A DNA stretch of 64,000 nucleotides from Perna viridis (Eukaryota): positions 19,344,001 through 19,408,000 of the forward strand of contig CM074514.1 in the NCBI GenBank assembly GCA_037379345.1, read 5' to 3'. This document shows positions 1-12,100 of this stretch, one piece after another. Below the pieces are notes generated by a model. That model saw only the letters and a list, made by a program, of their open reading frames with translations. It ran no database searches and was not told where the DNA came from. How positions within the stretch are numbered: the stretch's first letter is position 1; each line of letters opens with the position of its first letter. The translations under genes and the position numbers were made by a program.

Positions 1-888
1 ATCACCAGAAGATGCAGAAATTTTCAAAATGATTTGTTGCCTAATGTAGGAGTTATGGCACCTGAAACAGGTGTTTTTGTCGTTTTTCACGGGTACAACT
101 TTGAAAATCTTCTTCTCTGAAATCATTTGACAAAATTGGAAGTTAACAAAATTATTATTAAGGGTATCCTGCACAAATTGATCTTTTAAATTTTTTCATT
201 GATGAAAAAACTTGGCCATCATTACTAAATAGAACATAGGGGTAAAAATGCTTTTTTTGGTACATGTATTTTTTCCTAAGCTATAGGAGAAAAATGAAAG
301 CAAATCGGAAAACAAACATGATATTCTGACTTGACTGGCAGTGTTGAAATTTTTAGGTGGCCATTTTCAATATGGCTGCCATTTTGTAGCCATTTTCACC
401 AGATGCTCAGATTCCAAAAATATTTGTTTTTCAAGAAACATTGTGTTTAAAGTTGAATGAGGATGACAAAAGATTGTTTTGGGTGGCCATTTTTCCACTA
501 ATTTTTACACTTGCTTTGATTTCAACAATATTTGGTTTATTTAGTAAACATAGTCTCCTGAGTCGAATAGTGATGATAAAAATAGTGTATAGCCATGGTT
601 TAACTTCATTTTATGTTTTTTTCAGCAAGACCCAGTGAAATAACATGGAATAAGGGACGCCTGCCCATATATTTTCCAGGGCTTCTAAAACACTTTGAAG
701 GCATTTCCAACATTTTATAGTGCCTTAGCTACTCAGTTGAACTTACAACATTCATCAATATATGTTCTTTTTAACCAATTTTATGTCAAACATTGTTAAA
801 AGCATGATATCTTTACTTACAGTGTACTTATTTAATAGAGCATGGTTTGCCAAGTAAGCATTTCAGGCTCTTCTAGGGCCTCTTGTTT
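1..888 (+). mobile_element. 3' part of a HINE-like element related to 58762-59333
   Basis: 3' terminus CAAGTAAGCATTTCAGGCTCTTCTAGGGCCTCTTGTTT; 220-245 resembles 58958-58985. Confidence 0.65.
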
Positions 889-2055
889 ATATGGGTATTT
901 CTGCTTCCTTTTCTCTGTATGTCCTAGCCATCATTTTTAGTACAAACTAGTGGAACTAAAGCACCAAGTAAAATAACTTGTACATGTACTACTATTGTAA
1001 AATCAATTTCTCTATTGTACTACTGGTAATACAACTATCTAACTCTGATGTCTTTGTTTTCATGACTATATTGTTTTGACCTACATGTACTCTATAGTAC
1101 GCTACTACAAATCTTAGCTGCCAAATGGCACCACAAATGTAGGCAAGATATGATAGTGTACTATGTATGATATAAAACTGATAATTCTGACATTTATTGT
1201 ATTTTTTGCAGCAGATGTTGCTTCAATATCATCTGGTTTCTATATTTTATGCTACATTACTGCACTGCTAATTGTTAACGATGCAATCTTTAAGCTTGCA
1301 TGCCTTTCCATCTCATTGAAAATCTTTGGTATTTAATTGCAGGAACTTTGATGCTTTTTGGCTTTCTTTTGTTTGTAAAAGATGAGGAAATTTATCTTGC
1401 ATTTCAAATCTGTAATTAGTGCAGTCTGCTAACTTTAGAGTTTTCAATATAATGTACTGGTAATGTAAAATTTAAGATGAAGTGTTTGGCAGGTGCAGAA
1501 CAGGTGAAGAAACTACCTATAGTTTTCTGATATTTCCTTTATATTTCCTCTTAGATAAAATAAACAACTTTGTGGGGTCAATCCACAAAATATTTCCTGT
1601 CTAGTTAAAAAATGGAAGATTTATTTGTTCTTTGAGTAATCCAATCAATGTAGTCTTTGGCATCATTAATCTCATATAATATATGTGCAGTGTACATAGT
1701 ATACAGTTCTTACGGGGTAGAAAAGAAAACTTTTTCCAACTGGTCAGAAGAAGTTTTGCCCAATCTGATCTGGCTCGAAAGTTAATTTGTCCTTGCGATA
1801 CATGTATGTTGAGGAGAGAACTTATCTGTAGAATGCCTGGTGAGCAAGTTCTGTTTGGTCTTGACATGACATGAAATTTGCTTGCCTCAGGCTGGTGCAG
1901 AAATTTTGTTACCTTAAATTAACCTCTGAATACAGGCTGTTTCCCCAGGCAAAATTATTTCAAAATTACCGTTATGCTTTGATGGTAATCAATAAAATTA
2001 CAGTTTACCCCTTGCTTTTTTGGTTCCCAATAGGTTTATTTTCTTCCCAAATCCA

Positions 2056-2569
2056 GCCCTGTGCGGGTCCGGGTGTCAAAAGAATAGTCCTGCAGCAGCG
2101 CTAAGCTTGTCGTAAAAGGCGACTAAACAATGCTCAGAACCCTAGCCCCCCTAAGGCGCTCTGCCCACAGAGCAACTGGGATGTGTGCGCCAGGTGGTAG
2201 AATGGGTTACCCCTGGCATGTAACATGCTGGGGTTGTGAGGCCATAATATGGAAAACCTGACCGTAAACCATAGTGGTGCACCGTGTTGGGAAAGATGCT
2301 ACGTTCCTTGCACGTTAAAAAACCGTACTGTGGTATTCTCCTGGAGTAGGAACCATAGGGCTCTGCCACAGGAGGCTAAATTGCCCGACCCTACCCACTT
2401 CTCCCTATTTCCAGTGGCAATCAAAATTTGTCAATCCCATTATCCTTGTGTCCCATCCCATTTTTCATTTCATCATCATTTCATTTTCATTTTAACATCC
2501 ACTTCATGTTCATCGCCTGAATATAGCTGAAATATTGCTGCTCAGCCGTTAAGCCCAAACAAACCAATT
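2056..2569 (+). mobile_element. Full-length ~515-nt non-autonomous retroposon (SINE-like), copy 1
   Basis: TSD TTCCCAAATCCA (2044-2055, 2570-2581); CAAA-type tail; colinear with 44238-44752; CpG-rich. Confidence 0.9.
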
Positions 2570-3123
2570 TTCCCAAATCCAACAGGAGGGGGAACTTTTG
2601 AAAAAGACTGACAGTGGGAGATTGGTTATTTTAACTTTGGTTCTATATTATTAAAGGTGGTCCATTTGAGTTATTTTTTTAAATACATGCCTGCTTTTGC
2701 AGTTGTTACTTAATTTTACAATGTATAGGAGTCAATTTCTTATTGTGAACATATTCTCTAATAATCAATGTTCATTGTGCTGGTATTATGTAAAAAGTCC
2801 ATTCTTATATGATGTATATGTACATGTACTGCAAAAGGCATTGTGACCACAAGCATGATAAACCAATTATTGAAGAGTTGTATGTGCAAAATGTCTTGTT
2901 TCTATTTGTTCCAATTACATTCATTTGTCACATTGAATGTGGTATAAGAAATTTAATAAAATAATGATGAAATGGTTAGCAAACCTTTGGCTGACCATTT
3001 ATAGCAAAAAATATTTTCGGTGTAGCCTTTGTTGTTTGTTTGTTTACATGGCCGAGTTAGTCTATGTGATTTAGTTTCTACGTACATGTTTTTTCTGATT
3101 GGTCTTTTTTTTCTTTGTTCTAG

Positions 3124-3175
3124 AGCTTCTTGGATCCAGTAAAAGAATCAACATAGACTTCCAAGATAATGATGG
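3124..3175 (+). CDS. CASKIN: Caskin exon ([17 protein letters not shown]), ankyrin region
   Basis: ttctag acceptor, gtaag donor, phase 1 to 2; resembles the second coding exon of vertebrate Caskins; missed by the ORF track. Confidence 0.92.
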
Positions 3176-6100
3176 GTAAGACATAGAAATGATAAGAACA
3201 TACTATGCAGGGCTTCATTTTTAATTGTAATTTTTGTTGTTTTTACAGTTTTAGAAAATCCCTCCATATTTTTTATTATTGTGATTCTTAAATGCCAGTA
3301 AAAATTTTTGCAACACATGTAACAAAATCACAGCAGTAATTTCTAAATTTACAGAGAAATGATTCCACAAATTTAGCTCTCAAAGATTAATGTATAATAA
3401 ATACATGTTTTATCCACGACAGGAATGATATATTGTATCCAAATTTGAAAGAATGTGTGTATGGCATTTAATTAATGTAAATTTCCTCAAAATATACTCA
3501 TAGACAGGGATTTGGGATTACAGTGAACCCCTCTTTAAACAAAAAAGACACTGAAAACTGCTAAAAATGGGCTTAAGATTGGTGAAGCACAAAAGTGCGA
3601 TACTTCCCCCTCCCTCCCAAACAAAACAAAAATTCTAGCTACTGGCCTGCTCATTCACATACATGCATTAGTATAGAACTCAATCTGTTCTTTCTCTTCA
3701 ATTTTACATGTACAATGTATGTCCATTGTACAAGGTTCTTTTATATGACGCCTTCCTTGACTTTACTACAGAATGTCAGCATTACATCAAGCCGCCTTAG
3801 TTGGAAGTCTTGAGATGATGGGAATGTTGCTAGAACAAGGAGCATCTGTTGGCTTAGCAGATAATAAGGGTGAGCTCAATCAGCATTTGTTCATTCTTAA
3901 CACAAACATATTGGTTCTGAACTTTTACTCTACCTTTTTACTGGCTTGGAGATTCTTGAAAAATATTTAATGTATATTATTAAGACAAGATAAAATGACT
4001 TAAGGTGATTAATATAATGTACTACCACATGGTTTCATTAGTGTCTCTTTAGTATTGGTTTTGCTGGTCATTATGGCCATCTCAGTTCTAGAAACTTTAC
4101 ATTGCCATTATTTTTTTTGATAAATCATATTATAAGATTTGCTGGACTAGAGAATTTATATTTTATTTAACAAAACCAAAGTTTGAACAAATACTTTAAA
4201 GGCCGTACTAATTGTAGTGTTGGTTAGCTGTTATCAATTTATTTGTTTAAAAACCTACAAAATTTGTTTCTTCATTTCCACAATTTTTAATTCTATTTTA
4301 AACACATTTTTTTTTCAAAGTATACTACTTTTTTTCACATCTTTCAGAAAACAACTTAGTTCTCTTCTCTGTATCTACCAAAAGTGTTTGTATATAAACA
4401 GCAAACCAAAAATTGATTCAAAATGGCCTCAAATAAAATTTGCTGGTATAAAGTTTGTTTGCTGATGTGAATTGGTGTTTTCCTTAGAACCTTAGTCCAT
4501 TTCATATGCATACATGCAGTGACAAAGGAAATCAAAATACTTTATGTATCAGAATGTCTTTTTTTTTTTTAAATTTTGTCATGTTTCAGTTATCTGTAGG
4601 AGTTTGTATAACATAAATTAAGACACTATATTGGTGTATATCTAGGATACATTACATACATGCACATGTAATAGGTCACTTTTTGATTTTTTTTTAAAAG
4701 GAAATTTTAATCATTTTCAAAGAAATAGTAAATTTTTTAACTGACAAGGTTTTTTTCCTAAACATTCCATATGCTGTATTTTTCAAACATGAGAGTTCTT
4801 AATACTGACTCTATATTGTGCCAGAAATCAGACTAGACCTTCAATTTGTGAATTATTCATTATAAATACATGTATTGCACATTAGTTACAGCTTTGGCAG
4901 GATAAATTTGGCCTTTATTGTTTTAGGTGCATGTGTTTTAACTGTTACTGTTGTTTTGCAGGAATGTTTCTATTACATTAAACCTGCTTACAGGATAGTT
5001 CTTAACCATCTTATACATTATATGTTGTTTTCTTGCAGGAATGCTGGCATAACATTATGCCAATTAGCAGACTAAACCTAAACAGTCATGAACACAATTT
5101 TTTCTCTCACAGAAATACTAACATGATATTACGCCAAATAGCATTTTACACTTGATCCATAACATATCGATTTTTTTTTCTTGCAGGAATGCTAGCATTA
5201 CATTATGCCTGTTGGCAGGGTAAAGCTGATCCTGTACACATGTTATTACAATGGAGATCTCCAGTAAACAACCAGTCATATGATGGTGCTACTCCCCTAC
5301 ATCTTGCCTGCCAACATGGACATTTCGATGTGGTAAGGATTTCAACCAGAAATAAATTGTTTTTGGTTTACTAAAAATCAGATTCCTCAAAGAACCTGAA
5401 ATGTTCTCCACTGTCATGATGATATCAGGATAACAAGTATGAAAAATTAAGAAAATATAGAATTTTATAAAGCAGGGCTAGGTGCTATCTTTACTTTGAT
5501 ATCAAATGTATTTGTTTTTATAGTTATTTTTTGCGAAGTAGATCTAATTGTTCGTTTTATTTGTATATGACTGCTTGGTTGGTTTTCTTATGGCTGCTTC
5601 CTCCAGGTATTTACTACACTATATTTAGTATATATATTTCACGTGTAATATGATAAAAATAGTACACAAACTCTCTAAACTCTGAAAGATGAAATCTAAG
5701 TATGATAGTATCTTTTTTTTCTTTTTGGCTGATACATAATTTGCTGAAGACCATTTGTGTTTGCAAATGATTTTTTGTTCTATTTTACACTTGCGCACCA
5801 TTTGTTTCTCCATAAACCAAGAATTTAGCACAGGTAAAAATAATTCCAGACATATAACCCATGCATTAACAAACTCCAACCCTTTTGGTCATATTTTATG
5901 CTAAGTTCTTTGTGAGATTTGATAAGTCAGCAGTATTGACTAATATATCATGAATTAGCAGTGTAAGTTGGATGTTTTATCTGAAGGGGGTATGATATAA
6001 TTCATTGTCAAATTTTCATGAAGTGAAGTGGTTGGCTACACACTTTATTACCAACACTGACTTGCCTTGACCTTTGAGAATGGCAGGATTTTTAAATGTA

Positions 6101-9100
6101 CTCTTGTCTTCTTCCAAATTAGTCCTAAAACAAACGTAGGTTACTCAATCAAATTTTATCTGTCACCATGTTCACAATGTTGTTATTAAAATTCTCTTCC
6201 TATGTTCAATAAATGTCAACATGCTCATGCATTATTGATTAGAAGAAATACATATGCATGTACAATGCACTATAACTAATATGAATAGGTAATGAATATC
6301 TTAAGAATCTGATGAAAGCTTTCCCACAGAATAGTCTTGTACAACTGTTTAATTTTCCCGTCTTTTGTCAAGATTTGAGAATAAATGATGAAATAATAAG
6401 TGTATGTAGACACCTTGACAAGAAGTAAAAATAGATTGATGCATAAATCCATTATACTCTTACAAATTCTGTCTGATCAGGTGTGAAACTTAAGGGAGAT
6501 CAAAGTGCTGTTATGTTTACTCTTATAAAACCTTTCCTAAAATTCCTGCTGTGAACCAAAACACTATGTTCTTACTCAAAGAGAATGCCATAAGTGTAAG
6601 GTATATATACTATTGAGGAAAGGTAACACAAATTAAAGTTCACCTGTTTAGGTGAAATCATTCATCAAAGAAATTAAATTGTTATTAAATTATGTACCTT
6701 GGTCCTCCTGCATAAAAATCAATGTAATAGATTATGTTGTACATGAAGATGATAGTGGCGCCTCTTGTTTTGTCAGTAAAATGACAATCATTCGACAAAG
6801 TGTTCTTTAGTCTCATTGACAAGGTCAACTAGAAAGAAGAGCATACATATCACAAGGATCTAATTTGAATGGATTACTCAATAGGTGATTTTTTTGCATT
6901 GAATGAAAAAAATTCCATTATGGTGATAAGTGTGTTTATTTATTATCATAAGTTGTTGGAGTGATGGCTTAAACACTGTGCATGTTAAAAATTAGACTGT
7001 TCTTCAAAACAGGTCTTAGAACTTAGGGTGCACTCACTGAGAAAAACTTAAATAAGTGTCACAAAATTAATACATAAATTGACATGCAGTTCCCACGGGG
7101 TTACATTTTTTTATTTAGCAATATTCCTAAGTGAATATTGATGAAAGTAGAAAGAACATCAAATTACATAAAGTGAAATCCACAGTATTTAAAATGTCTC
7201 TTAAGATGAGCATTTGGATATCCTGATCATTAGGTGGTTACAAACTAACTGGACAAAAAAAAAACAAATAACAGAATTGATTTTAAAACACCTTGAAAGT
7301 AAAACAAATGCCATGATGTCAAGTTATATTGGGAAAGGAATGGATATGGTGAAATGCAACAAATGCACCAGTGCATTACCAAAACAGAAACAATCTGTAG
7401 ACTGATGTTAGTTATATTTGACTGATGGTAGTCTTGAAGGAAGTAGTTATATTTAACTTTCCTATATAAGTACTGTTCTCAGTCAAATTTTGAGTACATG
7501 CACATACAGTGACATATGTTGCATACACATTATTTCATGACATGCAGAGTGTAAAACATTATTATAATTTGGATACATCTAAAATTGTATATCTCTGCCA
7601 TTGACTTCAGGTTAACACAATCAAGCTTGTATCAATAGGCACTCCTCATCATGTAAATGAACTAAGTCAGTATTAGTGGTACCATTGACTTACGGTTAAC
7701 ACAACCAAGCCTGTATCAATAGGCACTCCTCATCATGTAAATGTTAGTTACAAATGATTAATTGTTGTATATTCATATTGAAACGGTACATGTTATTTGA
7801 GGTCCTATATGTAGACACTTTGTTGTCATTCGAATACTGATGTTCTTTATGGAGTGTTCACTACAAGGTTTCACACCACAAAAGGACATTTGGATTTGAA
7901 TTTAGGGGTAATGGACCCAATTATTTAAGAATTAGATGACAAAACAAGCATTTTTTAGAATTTAACCATGTAACTCCAGAAAAAGCATATGGATATTTAT
8001 AATAATAATAAATATTCTATACTACTAAGGTCATACGGGGAATAATTTTTGGGGTTTAATTTTGAACTGTTTTCCATTGAGGGGTCAAAAAAGGGCCAGA
8101 AACAAGCATTTTTCTGAACTGAAATCTGGACAATAAGCTGAAATAAATGGATCTCTTTGAAATTGTAACACAAGGTGTCATACTAAGAAAGAAAGGTTGG
8201 ATTTATTATAAGGGTTGTAATCTAAATCTTATATAAGAATTAGGGGCCAGAAACGAGTATTTTCCGGATGTCGAGATGATAATTTAAGTAAAAGAAAACG
8301 TAACACAATGTACAATTCTCTCAAAGGAAGGTTGGGATAGATTTTTAGGTTATGACAGAAACCATTTAGGAAATAAGGTCCAAAAAGGAGCTTTTTTTTC
8401 GATTCTGGTAAAATTCTGTCCTGTGTCATATGTCTAATTGTGTGCTGTATCAAGCTTGAATGGTTTGTCCATATTTGCTCCAGCTGTTCAGGGTTCCACA
8501 TCTGCAGTTGTTTCATGCTGTGCCCTGTAAATCATTTTATCATACCTACATGTATGAATCAACTGTTCGGTATTATAAATGTTTTATTTGTACTGTTTGT
8601 CCTTACCGTGACATTATAATAGGAATGTTTGGTAATAAAATCAAAGTACTCATTACCTGACATAATTTGTCATTCATATTGACATTATATGTGCAATAAG
8701 TGTAAACATTTTCACCTGTCTTTGTCTATTTAACCAACTTTTTTTCTTTCTTTCTTTCCTGTTAACATTTTTTTACACCTTTAATAACACAGAAAAAGCT
8801 GGCTATTTCTGTTTCATGACAAATGTGTTATCAAAGTATTCTGCCGAGGAGAATAGTGTTAACTTAATGATTGTTACCAAAAAATGAATAAAACTGAGAT
8901 GATTTCAAATCTTGGAAGTACTAAGTGATTTATAAAGAGTACATGTAGTTTCTGCTCAACCTTTCCTTGTATAACCCACTTTATTATCTTGACACGGAAA
9001 GTTCTCTAATTTTGTCATCAATTTCAAATCAATACTTCTCAAGTTTTTTTTTACTCTTATAGTTGATAATATCATATGATCATAACTACTATAATCCTAG

Positions 9101-12100
9101 CGATTTGCACAACACTGACCCTTACTACTTTAAAAAATCTGGTTTATTTTTTTCGTGTTTCCTGTGTATAAAGGTTGTCATTGTGAGAAAGATATGAATT
9201 GATTTTGTTATCAAATAAAATATTAAATGCTTAGAAACAAAAGAAGAAATCAATGTTATCCACTTCACTGCCAGCATATCATTTTACATTGACTTGGGAT
9301 AAGCTCTATTTTTTGTAATTATTCCACAACAACACAAAATTCTTGTTTCAGCCTGCATAATTTGTTATAGAATATAGACCCTTATATAAGTTAGTTGTTT
9401 GAGAAATGCTTAAAGAGGTTAAGTATTTCTAAAATTCCAAGTCCTGTGTTGTATATTGTTTTGTTTAAGTGGATTTGCTTTAAACTGTGAAGGTTGTTTC
9501 CAGATTTCAATATTATGCAGACAGTCCTCTTATTCTGTATCCTTATACCTGTATATGCAATTATTGTTTGAAAATACTGATTTATGATTATACAAATGTA
9601 TATGTTAAAATGATAAAAAAAGTTGAAACTATTATCAGTATTCTGAAAAGAATTTTTGAAAATCTACTACAGTAAATTACAATGTATGTACAAAGTTTTC
9701 TTTCTGTCTTTATGTACCCATAAAACATGGTTTAATGGTTATTGAACATCTGTATTGACGGTTTTAAGTGTGACTTTATGACCAGTCACTACTGTAAACT
9801 TAATGGTACATTTTCGTACTTGTCTAACCACCACCCTTTAAATAATTTTTTTCATTTGTGTAGCAAAAATGAATTCCTGTAGATCTTATTGTCAGTGATT
9901 GGTTGTCACTGACCAAATACAATAAGTGTTGGTGCTGTGTAGCTTTGTATGACCATGACAAAGTTCATCCCTTTTTTTAAAATTGTTTATAAGGACACAG
10001 GTGGATCTATTCATGCTGAGTCATATTTTGTATGGTCAATCAGTGACAACACTCAAATTTCAATAAAATGTCTTAATCCTATTGTTGAAGTGAAGGATGA
10101 AAAATCAGTAGATCAATATCATAGGAGTTAAAAAAAAATCATGATAAAGGGTTATTCTTTGTGAGGCTATATAGATCAGAGAAGCAAACATTTTTCTACA
10201 TCCTTCTTCAGTAGACAGGGAAAAGGGAATTAAGTCAGTAAATTCTGAAGTTATTTTGAATTTTAAAATTACAGTTGTATCGACCACATTTTGTTAACAT
10301 TGCATTTGTTTTCTGTTTTATTATTATATCACTTACATTTTCTTCAGCTGTTTTTAATTAGTCATTTTTACCACCTTGGTTTGATTATCACATCTTTCAT
10401 GTATCAGTGACTGTCAGATGCCTTCAGTTTGACTCTATACAAAAGTAAATTAAATGCTTTGTAAATTCTATTCAATTCAATACAATAGTGACACAGATTT
10501 GATTCTCAAAAGTGGACAAAAATAAGTTCAAATGTTGTCAATTGACACAGAGAGATGTTTAAATTTTTGTATTTACTAACAAAACACGAAATTTGGGCCA
10601 TACTTATCTATTATTCTGGTCTCAGATATGATGGGTCACATAACCTCTGAACGTACATTCCAACCTTTTGATAAATAGTATAGGGTCCTTAACAGTTGGG
10701 ATTTGTTTAATTCTCCCAATTAAACATGTAACAGAGATTTGACAAGCTTCAATGATTTTACAGAGTAATATATATATTTATTATGAATGATAACCTATTA
10801 ATACAGGGGTATATTAAAGCCCTAAGGAGTTAGTCAGCTATGTCAAAAGTAAAGATTATATCTTCATACCATTCATAGCAATACTTAACACAAAATATGT
10901 GTGGTCTTCAAGTGCCTTCCCTTTCTCTAGGGGTAATGAAATGAAAATATTTTACTTTTTTTTTAAATGATATGCTGAGTAGTGCTGTTCTCCAAGAGAA
11001 GTTCGAGTAGGAAGAATTCACCATTAAAAAGAGACAGAGAAGAATTTAAATCTTTTTATTATTTAAAAACAGCAACCTTGAAGTGCCAATGGGTAGATAG
11101 GATTTGTGTGGAAATAACGTTTACATAGGAGACATGAATATGAAATTAAGCCCTTTTCAGTCCAAAACAACCAAGCAATTTTCCCTTTAATTTGATAATA
11201 ATGTAGTGCATTTTAGGGTGGGACTGGTTTTATATTACCAAATGGTACACTTCTGATGAAAAGATAGATTAACTAGTTTGTCATAAATTTACTCCATTAC
11301 TTAATAAGGTGTTTTAGTCTGGAAGAGAGCAATAGTTACTTTGTTTGGTATTAATGCAATGCAAAAGGCCTTATAAAGTTCAAATGAAGTATAAATCTGA
11401 ATAATCACAAGCCATAGAATCACCTTTCCCATACCCTCAATTTACACATTTTGAAATAGATACAGACATATGTAAATTTTATAATTAGATTGACAATGGG
11501 ACTCGAAGTTTATGAGATTTCTGTTCTAAATACCATTTGAATAATGTTGAATAAACTTGACAAGTTATTGTTGATGCATTTTATATCAAAGTTATTGAAA
11601 TTTCAAGTTGCAGAGGATAACGTTCAAATTATATGAATATCTTCAATATTTTCATTAATTGAGTTATCTTTCCTTTGCCACTGATATGAACTTTAACTCC
11701 AACTCTTAACAAGCTTTTTAAAAGTTCATAAAAAGATCTTGCGAACAATTTAGTACATATTTTATGAATGAATTAAGTCACTGATTTATACAAAACGCTA
11801 ACAAAGATTCTTCTCTCTTCAGGCTAACTTGTTACTATTACACAATGCTGTTCCTGTCATCCAGAACCTGGATCATAAAACACCCTTGGACTTGGCTTGT
11901 GAGTTTGGGAGGTACAGGGTAAGTCATTTTAATAACTTTGATGGTGATTTTGGGAGGTACAGGGAAAGTCACCTTAATGACTCTGATTGTGAGTTTCGGA
12001 GGTGCAGGGTAAATCACTCTAATAACTCTGAATGTAAGTTTGGGAGATGTAGTCTTGAAAGGTAATAGTCATCTTTTAAGGTATATTATTGCAGATTCTT

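Noticed and set aside
1871-2530. ORFs 1871-2104, 2151-2369, 2249-2530 and similar peptides at 20234-20455 and 44375-44955
   Set aside because: Translations of the same retroposon in different frames and strands; frames are not preserved between copies
1-3123. Caskin first coding exon
   Set aside because: No ATG exon with a phase-1 donor and Caskin-like N-terminus found; presumably upstream of the window
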